Below are positions 45,094-56,504 of a DNA stretch of 64,000 bases, piece after piece. The notes below the pieces were generated by a model. That model saw nothing but the letters and a program-made list of their open reading frames with translations, searched no databases and was not told the DNA's origin. The stretch is from Macrostomum lignano (lineage: Eukaryota). The DNA lies in NCBI GenBank assembly GCA_002269645.1, contig NIVC01000432.1, positions 62,001-126,000 of the forward strand. Reading direction: 5' to 3'. The translations under genes were made by a program, and so were the position numbers. Numbering within the stretch: the first letter of the stretch is position 1; every line of letters starts with the position of its first letter.

Positions 45094-48000
45094 ATGGATA
45101 ATAAAGCTGGCAAAAGCAAAGAAGAAATTAGGCGAATGATGCGGCTCACAGCCGCTAAGATGCAACTGAAAAAGCCTTCTAATGTGGTAAATAACTCTGA
45201 GGCAGCTGCTGCTGCAACTGCGACAACTTCGTCAAGCAGTTCAGCTGCACTCGATGACACAGATTCAGTCAAGGGCCACCCATTTGCCAGGTTGGTGTGC
45301 AAAGCTTTGTATCTGCGTATCATGCGATATGTTTGCAAACACATTCATTTTGTTTACGCCTGGAGTTGCGCTCTCGAGACACGTTGATTTGATCTAGAGA
45401 CATTTCTAATAGTTTTTAGCTGGTAGATCTTTAGGCATCTATCACCAGATTAATCTCTTATATTGGATCTATAGACACTATTTTCATCAGATAGATTAGA
45501 GATCTGTAGACACTCATAGTTACATCTATTAGATCTATAGATACCCATAGTTACATCTGTCAGATCTATAGACACCCATAGTTAAATCTGTCAGATCTAT
45601 AGACACCCATAGTTAAATCTGTCAGATCGATAGACACCCATAGTTACACCCATCAAATCTATAGACACCCATAGTTACATCTGTCAGATCGATAGACACC
45701 CATAGTTACTGTGATAACTTTGTTAAGCGAGGCAGAAGTGTGGAATTGCAGGAGTGAGTAAAAGGTGCTCGCTTGAGAGCTAGGCTGTTCTCATTTATTA
45801 TTTAGGACTTTAGGACTTTAGCACTGAGGTGGTGGGTGCAGACAGATTCAAACGCGCGCATGGGGTGGGGTGGAATAAAATACAATCTCTAAGCCGATCA
45901 ATAACAACTCCACTGCTAGTGAGTCAACACTACAGTGCATGCAACCTATAGCAAAGTTCATCGTGTCACTATGTCACATCTCCCCCCTAAGTTAACACCC
46001 TCACTGCAGCATAAATCTGTCAGGTGGTGCTCGAACTCGAGTCGGGTAGCGCCGGGGTGCCTCGTTAGCAGAGTCAGCCGTGTCTGCCTGCGGCGAGGCT
46101 GGCGTGCCGCCAGCGTCAGGTGCCGCGCAGTCCTCGGCCGGGGTTGTGCTGCTATTCGACTTGGCCAACCCAGCGGGAGCCGCCAGCAGCTGGTCAGTGT
46201 GTCGCGCTTGTACGCCGCGCCCAGAATCGACTGTGCAGTTGCGAGTGCCGGCATTGACAATGACACCTTCGGCCCAGCGGCTGCTTTCTCCTGCACGAGC
46301 AGCAGTGCTGAAATCGCGGTAGAGCACACGATCTCCAGGCTGGAACTGGCGCGCTGGCCGCTGCTGCTGAAGCTAATGCTGCTGTCGCTGTTGCATGGCC
46401 GAAGTCAACGATGGTGTCAGGAGGTCCAGCCGGCTGCGCAGCCGGCGGCCAATGAGCAGCTGACTCGGCGCGGTGCCACTGACGCTGTGCGGAGTGTTGC
46501 GATAGGCCATCAGCAGTCGTTGAAGTTGCGCGTCGGAGTGACCGCACTTACTCAGATGCCGCTTCAGCACCTGGACGAAGCGCTCGGCCTGGCCGTTAGT
46601 CGCCGGGTGGAATGGCGCCGAGAAGATGTGCCGGATGCCGTTGGAACTGACGAACTCAGCGAACTTGATCCCAAAAGGCATGCGATTGAACTGGTAGAGT
46701 CGTTTCGGCGTGTTGATCGTGACGAAGGCTTTGCTGTTTTCGGCGAGCGGAAGCTGCAGGAAGGCATTGGACAGATCGAGTTTTGTCCACTTGCAGCCGC
46801 CTCCCAGCTTGGCAAACAGGTCCTCGATCTTGGGCAGAGGGTACTGCTCGGTCAGGCACGCCGGGTTGAAAGTTTGCGTATAATCACCGCAAATCCTGAC
46901 GCCGCCATCCTTCTTGACCACCGGAACGATCGGAGAGGCCCAGTCGCTGTGCTTAACCACCGAAATGATGCCGTTGGCCTCCAGTCTCTGCAGCTCCTCG
47001 TCCACGCGCTCTCGTAGTGCATACGGAACCGGGCGGGCTTTAAAGAACCGAGGTTGGGCACCGTCGACGACGTTGAGCCGCACTTTACCGTGTCGATATT
47101 CGCCAAGTCGGTCCTCGAACACCGCAGCAAATCTCTCATGCAGGTCGCTGATGTCGCTATCGGTCGACACGGCGTGCACCTGGGCCATAATTGTCGGCCA
47201 GTCCAGCCGAAGGTGAGCCAGCCAGTCTCGTCCCAGCAGTGCCGTGTCTCCTTTGTCGACTACAAGCAGCGGTAGCTGTAGCTGCTGGGCGTTGTGCTGG
47301 ACGCAGACTGTGGCTTGGCCTCGCGGATGAAAGCGTTCATTGGTGAAGGTTCGCAGAACTGCGGCCGATGGAGCCAGTTGTAGCTGAGGAAGCAACTTCT
47401 GCTGCAGCTGCTGCGGCATCAGCGTGACTGCAGAGCCGGTGTCGATGACAAACTGGCATTCCTGGCCGTTGACGAGCAGCATGACTGTCGGTCCAGCGTT
47501 GCTGCCTGTTGGTCGGACTGCGAAAATGGGCACCTGGGTGCCACACGCGCCTTCGACAGTAGGTGCCATCCGCTCCTCTTGCAGCATGTGTAGCTTGGCC
47601 TGCTTGGTAGACTGGCAGACCTTGCGGATATGGCCGACCTTGCCGCATGCATGGCACTTGGCGTCCCTGAACTTGCATGAATGACGCTCGTGGGAACCGC
47701 CACAGCTTTTGCATGAGCTGCCACCGCCACCGTTGCCGCTGCCGTTGCCGCTGCCGTTGCCGCTGCCGTTGCCGCTGCCGCCGTTGCCGCTGCCGCCGTT
47801 GTCGCTGCCGCTGACCCGATGCCCTCTGTGGTGCGCTGAAGGTGTCACCTGCTTGCGGCTACCTCTCTTGCTGACAAATTGCAGATTGGCAACAGACTCC
47901 GATGCCCTTTGTGACATCTCCAGGGACGAACGCTCTGCAGACTCCAGCGACATAGCCTTTGTTTGCAGGGATTCGAAAGTCGGCTCAACGACTTCCAGCA

Positions 48001-50385
48001 GCTTGGCTCGATAGGCGTCGCTTCGAAGGCCGAACACGAGTTGGTCTCGGAGCCGCTCATTTAGCGACTCACCGAAGTTGCAGTCAGCTGACAGAGCCTG
48101 GAGCCCCGCGATGAATGCCGTGAAGCTCTCGCCTGCTTGCTGAGTTCGTTGTTGGAAACGGAACCTCGCAGCTAGCTCCGAAGGCTTGGGTGCGAAGTGC
48201 GTTGTCAGCAGCTTCTTCAGGTCAGCGTAAGACTTCTGCGCCACTTGGACCGGCTGGGACAGACTCCGCAGTGTGATGTAAGCCTCCTCTCCAATCGACG
48301 TGATCAGAGTTGCCACTTTTGCCTCATCCTTCACCTCCTTGCAGATGAAGTACTGCTCGAGACGCTCTAGGAAGATCTCGATGTTTGTAGATGGTAGCAG
48401 TTGGCCCAGCGTGGGCAGACTCGTCGCCATTGTGATAACTTTGTTAAGCGAGGCAGAAGTGTGGAATTGCAGGAGTGAGTAAAAGGTGCTCGCTTGAGAG
48501 CTAGGCTGTTCTCATTTATTATTTAGCACTGAGGTGGTGGGTGCAGACAGATTCAAACGCGCGCATGGGGTGGGGTGGAATAAAATACAATCTCTAAGCC
48601 GATCAATAACAACTCCACTGCTAGTGAGTCAACACTACAGTGCATGCAACCTATAGCAAAGTTCATCGTGTCACTATGTCACAGTTACGTCTGTCAGATC
48701 TATAGGCACCCATAGTTACATCTGTCAGATCGATAGACACCCATAGTTACAACTGTCAGATCGATAGACACCCATAGTTACGTCTGTCAGATCTATAGGC
48801 ACCCATAGTTACATCTGTCAGATCGATAGACACCCATAGTTACAACTGTCAGATCGATAGACACCCATAGTTACGTCTGTCAGATATATAGGCACCCATA
48901 GTTACATCTGTCAGATCGATAGACACCCATAGTTACATCTGTCAGATCTATAGGCACCCATAGTTACATCTGTCAGATCTATAGACACCCATAGTTACGT
49001 CTGTCAGATCTATAGACACCCATAGTTACGTCTGTCAGATCTATAGACACCCATAGTCACATCTGTCAGATCTATAGGCACCCATAGTTACATCTGTCAG
49101 ATCGATAGACACCCATAGTTACATCTGTCAGATCTACAGACACCCATAGTTGCATCTATCAGATCTATAGACACCCATAGCTGCATCTATCAGATCTATA
49201 GACACCCATAGTCACATCTGTCAGATCTATAGACACCCATAGTCACATCTGTCAGATCTATAGACACCCATAGTCACATCTGTCAGATCTATAGACACCC
49301 ATAGCTGCATCTATCAGATCTATAGACAGAAATCTCAACCCACCTACCCAGGTACAACTCTCTCAACCAGCTCACCTGTATTCTGTGCGGCTGCCCAGTG
49401 AAGTCCAGCTTACTCTGGCGCGCCCATCTGGCCTCGCGCGGTCACCGGGCCAACGCGGAGGCGATGCGGTCCCGCGGCGGCGACCGAGCCGTGGAGATCC
49501 TGTCCGGTGCCGGGCTGAAGCGCCGGCTGCAGGAGACGTCTGAGAAGCAGCAGAAGAAGCAGCCGTCGTCTGCTCTGGGCCTGGCCTACTCCGACGACGA
49601 AGAAGAAGCTGATGACCCTGCGCCCAGCAAGAAATCTCAGCAACTGCATCAGAAACAATCGTCTGCTTCTTCTAGCCTGCTTAATAGGCAGCCTCAGCAG
49701 CAGAAGAAGCAACAGCAACAACAGCAGCAGCAATTGCCCGAAGGCTTTTTCGACGATCCGGTAGCCGACGCGCGAGCCCGGAACGTGCCCTACAAAGACC
49801 GCATGGAGGAGGAGCTCGAGCTGTTCGCTAAGGAGATGCGCGACGCCCAGGTTGAATCGGACAAAATTGCCGAGCAGGCTGAAGAGGAAGCCGACAATGT
49901 GCGGTACCTGGAAGAGATTATCACGCAGGAGTGAGTGTCTTGGGGAATGTGTACTTCAATGATTGTATGTTTAAATTGTGGATTCTGGGATCAGAATTAT
50001 GTCAAATTCAGGGATCAGGAATCCCCATTAATCAGAGATCAGAAAAATCCCCATTATTCAGGGATCAGAATTATCCTCATTATTCAGGGATCAGAAATAT
50101 CCCCGCTATTCAAAGTTTTCACTTATCCCCATTTTTCAAAGTTATCTATCTTAAATTATCCCACATGCATCGCACTCCCAACTTATTCATCCCCACCCCA
50201 GAGAGACCTGGCATCGACTCAACGAACTTGAACTGTTGAAGGAGGCGGCGACCATCAAGCAGGAGGCAAAATCGGCGATGAAGCTGGAACCTGCAGCTGG
50301 CGACGGCTCGCCAACTGATGAAGCAGACATTGATGAGGCAGAGCTTGAGCTCGGATTGGACTGTTGGCGGAAAAAGAAATTATAA
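45094..50385 (+). CDS. ZNF830: zinc finger protein 830 (CCDC16) homolog, spliceosome-associated
   Basis: Exons 45094-45290, 49352-49930, 50202-50385 with phase-2 junctions that join. EEIRRMMR...HPFARYNSLNQLTCILCGCPVKSSLLWRAHLASRGH (U1-type zinc finger); LPEGFFDDPVADARAR; ends CWRKKKL*. Confidence 0.88.
45710..48683 (-). mobile_element. Ty3/gypsy (Mag-like) LTR retrotransposon, internally deleted, 2974 bp
   Basis: LTRs at 45710-45978 and 48431-48683 (TG...CA) differ by a 16-bp indel. 5-bp TSD GTTAC on both sides. PBS TGGCGACGAG immediately after the 5' LTR. PPT AGGGGGGAGA at 45979-45988. Confidence 0.96.
46373..48430 (-). CDS. Gag-protease-(truncated RT)-(truncated integrase) fusion polyprotein, 685 aa
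   Basis: Gag with two CCHC knuckles (CKSCGGSHERHSC; CHACGKVGHIRKVC); protease FVIDTGSA; RT N-half SPIVPVVKKDGGVRICGDY...KLDLSNAFLQ...RMPFGI. This is fused directly to integrase C-half FAEFVSSNGIRHIFSAPFHPATNGQAERFVQ. The frame continues past one TAG to 46001 (FQPGDRVLYRD...RHTDQL). Confidence 0.9.
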   Translation of the reverse strand: MATSLPTLGQLLPSTNIEIFLERLEQYFICKEVKDEAKVATLITSIGEEAYITLRSLSQPVQVAQKSYADLKKLLTTHFAPKPSELAARFRFQQRTQQAGESFTAFIAGLQALSADCNFGESLNERLRDQLVFGLRSDAYRAKLLEVVEPTFESLQTKAMSLESAERSSLEMSQRASESVANLQFVSKRGSRKQVTPSAHHRGHRVSGSDNGGSGNGGSGNGSGNGSGNGSGNGGGGSSCKSCGGSHERHSCKFRDAKCHACGKVGHIRKVCQSTKQAKLHMLQEERMAPTVEGACGTQVPIFAVRPTGSNAGPTVMLLVNGQECQFVIDTGSAVTLMPQQLQQKLLPQLQLAPSAAVLRTFTNERFHPRGQATVCVQHNAQQLQLPLLVVDKGDTALLGRDWLAHLRLDWPTIMAQVHAVSTDSDISDLHERFAAVFEDRLGEYRHGKVRLNVVDGAQPRFFKARPVPYALRERVDEELQRLEANGIISVVKHSDWASPIVPVVKKDGGVRICGDYTQTFNPACLTEQYPLPKIEDLFAKLGGGCKWTKLDLSNAFLQLPLAENSKAFVTINTPKRLYQFNRMPFGIKFAEFVSSNGIRHIFSAPFHPATNGQAERFVQVLKRHLSKCGHSDAQLQRLLMAYRNTPHSVSGTAPSQLLIGRRLRSRLDLLTPSLTSAMQQRQQH

Positions 50386-50834
50386 CTGGAACTATTGTAA
50401 GACTACTTATAGTAACGATCGTGCATATTGTACTTTCTATTCAATAACAAGCGCGTCAAGGCAGGATCACGTGACTTAGTTTTTTATCAATGTGCAGTGT
50501 AGAATCGATGTACATTTGCCAGCTGATTGGACAGTTAAATAAACCCTAAATAAAATTTATTTTTTATATAATAAACTGTAAATAATTGGTCCGTTTGAAT
50601 GTTAATAAAACAACCTATTAATTACTACGAATTTTTCCTTAAGTCGTTTTTTCACGATTATATGGTCTTGGTATTGGATACTTTGGGGAGATGATCTAAT
50701 GGGATCCGGTCTGACTGATTTTTGCCTAGGCGTGGCTGCTTTGGAGCATGAGAAGCAATTAATTCCACGGGAGAAATTCGATGCACCGCGTAGGGCGACG
50801 GTGAGGCGGCGGAGATGGCTCTGCTGTCTAACGA

Positions 50835-52439
50835 ATGGATAAAAGCTTGGCCGGGCTTTATGACTGCGTTGAGATCGACGAGACTGCCATGGACAATTTC
50901 ACTGTATCGAATGGTCATTTTCAACGGCAGGAGGGCGTTGCTCCGTCGTCGACGTCAACAGCTTCCATAGCAACGGTTGCTGGGGGCTACGATTCGCGCG
51001 ACATCTCGTCAGACGATGCGACATGGATATTGACATCAACATTTATTATATTCACCATGCAGTCCGGTGCGTCTGGGTTGAAATTCAGTTGAAGCGTAGA
51101 TGTAATTTGGGCAAAAGTGGAAAATTTCTTAGTAAATTTTCTTTAAACTTAAAGACCTAACAATCTAACTGACCTAGATAAAGGCGGCTGGTAATCCAGT
51201 AGCCGCCCCCCCCCAAGGCACAGTGAAGTGTACATAACCATAAATAAAGTTAGGGCCGCTGTGCGCACTCCTGTGTGAGTGTGTGCCCGTGCGTATGACT
51301 GCGTACGTATCCGCGCGCTTGTGTGCCTGCTCAGGGGAGTCGGCGGAATGGGCAGTCATGCCTCTCGCCGGTTGTGTGACAATGTCGCACACAGCCCCCT
51401 GCCTCCAATTGAAAAGAAACTGGGATACAACCAAAGTTATCAATTGACATTAAAGCTTTCTGTAAGGTTTTATCAATGTAAATTCTTAGAATATAGAATG
51501 GTTCGCTGAAACAGTGCCGATAAAGTAAATTTAAGTGCATGTGGCTCGTACTACTGTATAACATATATGTACACAAGGGCGCATGGGCGCCATGGCACCA
51601 GAAGCGTTAGCAACAGTTCTCACTTTGCTTTGGAAGGGGCATGGGCACTCCTTGCCCTCTACGCACCAGATATGTTATGTACTCGTATAATAATAATAAT
51701 TGATTACTGGGCAAGATGTGCAACTGACATCCTATTGCGATTGTTGCATCTGAAGGCTGCATACGGCTGGTCAGTCCAAGTACTGGGGGGTCGCCACACA
51801 CACCCTCAATTACCCCAGCCAATGCTGGCACCCATTTTACAGCTGGGTGAACTGAAGCAATGCAGAGTTAAGCATATCTTACTCAAGGACACAAATTGTT
51901 CCGAGCTGGTCGAGAATCGAACCCCCGACAACCCCAATTATGTCGTATGCATGTTGCGTATATGCGCTTCAAGGTCATTCTCCCCCCCCCCCACTCCGAT
52001 CGTCTCCGCAGGCTTCGGCCTGCTCGAGTCCGGCTGTGTAAACCCTCGCAACGAGGTGAACATCATGGTGAAAAACGTTGTCGACGTTGTATTCGGCGGC
52101 GTCACCTACTGGATGTTCGGCTACGCGCTGTCGTTCGGCGAGGATCCCGGCAACAACTGGTTTTTCGGCTGGGGCGAGTTTTTCGTTGACGCCAGCGTCG
52201 AATCAATGGGACAGAAGTTCACGACGTTCATCTTCCAGATGAGCTTTGCCACTACGGCCACTACGATTGTGTCCGGCGCGATGGCCGAGCGGACTAAGCT
52301 TACTTCGTACATAGTGTTCTCTCTGTTCAATACCATCATCTACTGCATCCCGGCGCACTGGGTCTGGGGCAGGAAGGTGCGTCTAACACTGGTGGTAGTA
52401 GTAGTCGTATTAGTAGTAGTCGTAGTAGTAGTAGTAGTC

Positions 52440-52474
<35 letters not shown>

Positions 52475-55400
52475 CGTCGTAGTAGTCGTAGTAGTAGTAG
52501 TAGTAGCAGTAGTCGTAGAAGTAGTAGTAGTAGTAGTAGTCGCCGTCGTCGTAGTAGTAGTCGTAATCGTAGTAGTAGTAGTCGTAGTAGTAGTAGTAGT
52601 AGTCGTAGTAGTAGTAGTAGTAGTAGTTTGTAGTAGTAGTAGTATCTCACCTAATAGTAACAATACATGTAAGTAGTTATACTGGCTTCCAATTACTCCG
52701 ATCCGAACAGGGGTTCCTGTACGAGATGGGCGTCATTGACATCGCTGGCGTTGGTCCGGTTCACCTGCTGGGCGGCGTCACTGGCCTGATTGCCACGGTG
52801 CTGCTGCGGCCTCGGATCGGCCGATTTGAAGAGGGGAAACCGCCGCCACCCATGGGCTGCCCGACTAACGTTATGCTGGGCATGTTTATGTTATGGTGAG
52901 CAGTGTATGGGGTAGGGGAGCGGGGTGAGGTGGGTGTATGGGAGTTGGGGTGCAGGCGAGTGGAGTGGGGTGGGTGTATGGACTTAAGGTAGAAGAGCAA
53001 GAGTGAGGTGGGTGTCTGGAGTTTGGGGTTGAAGAGCAGAGGGAGGTGGGTGTGTGGAGTTTGGGGTAGAAGAGTGGAGTGATGTGGGTGTCGAGAGTTT
53101 GGGGTAGAAGAGCGGAGTGAGGTGGGTGTCGAGAGTTTGGGGTAGAAGAGCGGAGTGAGGTGGGTGTCGAGAGTTTGGGGTTGAAGATCGGAGTGAGGTG
53201 GGTGTATATGGAGTTGGGGGGGGGCAGGTGAGCGCAGTGAGGTGGGTGTGTGGAGTTAGGGGGCAGGTGAGCGGAGTGAAGTGGGTGTGTATGAAGTTGG
53301 GGGGCAGGCGAGCGGAGTGAGGTGGGTGTGTGAAGTTGGGGGGCAGGCGAGCGGAGTGAGGTGGATGTCTGAAGTTGGGCCAGAGGAACTGAATGTCGTG
53401 AGGATGGCAAGATGATATAATAAACAAATAATATTTAAACTAGAAAACTCGAACCATAACAAACAGGTGGGGCTGGCTGGGCTTCAACTGCGGCAGCACC
53501 TTCGGCATCCGGGGCGGCAAGTGGAAGCTGGCGGCCCGCTCAGCCGTGGCCACTATTCTGTCGTCTATGGGCGGGGGCCTGACCAGCCTGACTCTCACGT
53601 GAGCTGGGAATTAAAGCCGTACTTTATAGACAGTCTCATCCATCCATAAAACCTATATTCGAACTTTTCGAATATTCAACTTTCAGTTTTATTATTTGCA
53701 ACAAGAAGTTCGACATTGGTGATATTGTGAATGGCGTACTTGGCGCCCTGGTGGCTGTGACAGGTTTGGTTGTTGAAAACTAACGTTAATGAATGTTTCT
53801 GTTAGCGCATAATAAATCAAAAATCATACATGTAATAATAAATCATGACGCAGGCATGTGCGCTCTGGCCCACCCCTGGGAGGCCATGGTGATCGGCATG
53901 ATTGCTGGCATAATGACCACCTTCACAACCCGCCTGGTTGAACGGCTCCGAATTGACGACCCGGTGGGAGTTGTGCCCGTGCACCTGGTCTGCGGCCTCT
54001 GGGGCCTTCTGGCTCCGGCCTTCTTTGTGGAAAATGTGCGCGCGAAATTGATTCAGCTTTGTTTAATAGTTTTTTGTGGCTTTTGCGATGCAAAAAACAA
54101 TGTAAATTCTTGTTGCTATGCGGCTGGGATTCGTAACTAAGGTAAACTATTTTTAGTTGCTAAGCAACAGGGTCCGTAACTAAGGTAAACTATTTTCAGT
54201 TGCTAAGCAACAGGGTCCGTAACTAAGGTAAACTATTTTCAGTTGCTATGCAACAGGGATCCGTAACTAAGGTAAACTATTTTGAGTTGCTATGCAACAG
54301 GGATCCGTAACTAAGGTAAACTATTTTCAGTTGCTATGCAACAGGGATCCGTAACTAAGGTAAACTATTTTCAGTTGCTATGCAACAGGGTCCGTAGCTA
54401 AGGTAAACTATTTTCAGTTGCTATGCAACAGGGTCCGTAGCTAAGGTAAACTATTTTCAGTTGCTATGCAACAGGGATCTGTAACCAAGGTAAACAGTTT
54501 TAGCTGCTATATAAAAGTGCATCTCTTTAGCTCTGGTAAAGGTCATTCCTATGCAAATAAAATCTCGCACCGGATGACCCCGCCTGACAGGACATCCTGG
54601 AACAGATCACCCGAGGCCGGGCCGGAATGTTCCGCGGTGGCGGCTTCTACCTGCTGGGCGTGCAGCTCCTGGCCGCTCTGTGCATCGTGACCTGGTCTGT
54701 GCTCGTCTCGCTGGCTCAGCTGCTGGTGAGTGCGGTTCAGAAAAAATGCGCGTATGCTACTTTAAGTAGGAAAATGAATCAGTACTGGCTTGTTATTATT
54801 GTGGAAAAATGAAGGTTTCTGACGTTACTTAAGGAGAATAGCTGTTCTTGTACAGCGCAGGAAAAGAATAACGGTACTTGGACACAACAGACAGAGTAGC
54901 GGTCCTTGGACAGCAAAGCAATAGAATAGCGGTCCTTGGGCTACACAAGAATCAGGAATGGAATAGCGGTCCTTGGGCTACACAAGAATTAGGAATAGAA
55001 TAGCGGTCCTTGGGCTACACAAGAATCAGGAATAGAATAGCGGTCCTTGGGCTACACAAGAATCAGGAATAGAATAGCCTTCAAAATGAAGAAAAGTAGC
55101 CGGGTGATCGCAGGTAAATCACTTTAAAAGTACATCGCGCTCCTCATCCAGGCGATCCACAAGCTGATGGGCCTTCGAGTCACCGCCGAAGAGGAGCTTC
55201 TTGGTGCCGACTACTGCGAGCACAACATCCGGCCGGTCAGCGAGATCCTTGTCCGCGAGCCCATCCAGGACGACATGAACGACGACGAACGCGACGATGC
55301 CCGAGGCAAGTCGACGTCGTCGTCTCCGCCGATGCCGCGGCCGCCGCCACCCCCTCCGAGGTCCAGCGGAGGCGTCCTCGGCGTCGTCAGCAGCGAGCTG

Positions 55401-55790
55401 AGCGTCACCCAACGGCCATCGACGCATCACGCCATCGGCAACCACGCCGTGACGATCGGCGACGCGACCGTCGACGGCGAGGCGTCCGCGTCGAATTTCC
55501 GACAACGACGCCGGGACGAGCTTGGCGCCAGCGAACGGAGGGACAGAGTGCTGGGCCGGCTGCAGCTGCTGGCGGAGGCTGGGCGGATGATGGGGAGCGG
55601 CCTGCGCCCGCCGGGACTCGTGCCGCCGCCGCAGCCTCCGATGCTGCATCAGCACCCGCAGCATCAGCAGCATCAGCACCCGCAGCATCAGCAACAGCCC
55701 AGAAATCACCGTCACTTAACTGAGGGCCAACAGCTGCAGGCATCTCAGAGGGCCGGCCAGGACAACCCTGCCTTCGGCTCCGTGGTCTGA
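50835..55790 (+). CDS. amt: ammonium transporter (Amt family)
   Basis: Exons 50835-51066, 52012-52376, 52711-52895, 53467-53598, 53687-53763, 53854-54035, 54591-54725, 55152-55790 with consistent phases. DDATWILTSTFIIFTMQSGFGLLESG; FQMSFATTATTIVSGAMAER; DIAGVGPVHLLGG; WWGWLGFNCGS; IDDPVGVVPVHLVCG; GLRVTAEEELLGADYCEH. Confidence 0.95.
51206..51410 (+). mobile_element. 5'-truncated copy of the tRNA-derived SINE, in amt intron 1
   Basis: High similarity to ~8260-8480. Confidence 0.85.
51684..51945 (-). mobile_element. CORE-like SINE
   Basis: The minus strand reads B box GGTTCGATTC, then GTGTCCTTGAGTAAGATATGCTTAACTCTGCATTGCTTCAGTTCACCCAGCTGTAAAATGGG, which resembles the MIR/CORE consensus. Ends in an (ATT)n tail. 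Confidence 0.65.
52393..52645. repeat. (GTA)n microsatellite in amt intron 2
   Basis: Directly visible. Confidence 0.97.
52900..53380. repeat. G-rich ~32-bp degenerate minisatellite in amt intron 3
   Basis: Recurring GAGCGGAGTGAGGTGGGTGT..GAGTTTGGGG. Confidence 0.85.
54125..54490. repeat. ~43-bp intronic minisatellite (CCGTAACTAAGGTAAACTATTTTCAGTTGCTATGCAACAGGGAT)
   Basis: About 8 copies. Confidence 0.93.
54895..55080. repeat. ~38-42-bp intronic minisatellite (GAATAGCGGTCCTTGGGCTACACAAGAATCAGGAATA)
   Basis: About 4-5 copies. Confidence 0.85.
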
Positions 55791-56010
55791 GTGTGTGTAC
55801 AGTCTGGGCCATTAATGTACATGTACACTTGGCACTAAATGTGTACAGTCTGGCACTGTGTGTACACATGATGGAACTGTACATTTACAGCCAGACACTT
55901 GGTATGTACAGGTACATATCGTGGAACTGTACATGTACAGCCTGACACTTGGTATGTACAGGTACATATCGTGGAACTGTACATGTACAGCCTGACACGG
56001 TATGTACAGG
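55790..56010. repeat. degenerate ~50-bp repeat just after the amt stop codon
   Basis: Recurring GTACATGTACAG/CACTTGGTATGTACAGGTACATATCGTGGAACT. Confidence 0.7.
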
Positions 56011-56504
56011 TACTTGTGTCATCGGTCATTGGGAAATTCTCTCTGATTCACTGAATGTGCTGAATGTGATTCACTGAAAATTCACCATATTAACAATACA
56101 TAAATACTATCTGATATTTTATATTATTTTATGCTACTATATATGCACATAGGTACATAGGTAGGCATATGATCTTTATTCGTAAAACATCTAGAATAGG
56201 AATAGAGCCTAAGGACCTTGAACTAAAATATTTCGGATATTGTTTGCTAATAAATTCATTCAAGTCAGAATTGTCTTATTAATGTCGAGGCTGCGTCCTG
56301 CAAAATTTCCTTGTTAAAGAAAGAACTCATTTTTTAACAAATTTAATTCAAGTTTACAAAGCAAGAAAAACTGCAGCAGAGATAAAACGCCAAACTCCAC
56401 ACGGTTCGCTTATTTTTCCACCGGGGAAAAGTTACATAAAACAGAGATTTACCTACAAAAAATGCAACAAACAGGTTCAACAACTGAACTTGCAAGCACT
56501 CAAA

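Larger units (their letters stand above)
45490..49326. repeat. 31-bp minisatellite (ACCCATAGTTACATCTGTCAGATCTATAGAC), split by the LTR element
   Basis: The array is present at ~45490-45709 and 48684-49326, on both sides of the insertion. Confidence 0.92.

Noticed and set aside
45935-47017. 360-aa plus-strand ORF and other antisense ORFs over GC-rich genes
   Set aside because: Shadows of the true coding strand (LTR pol, rhomboid, EPS8, MOV10).
52336-52676. poly-Val, poly-Thr and poly-Leu ORFs
   Set aside because: (GTA)n microsatellite in amt intron 2.
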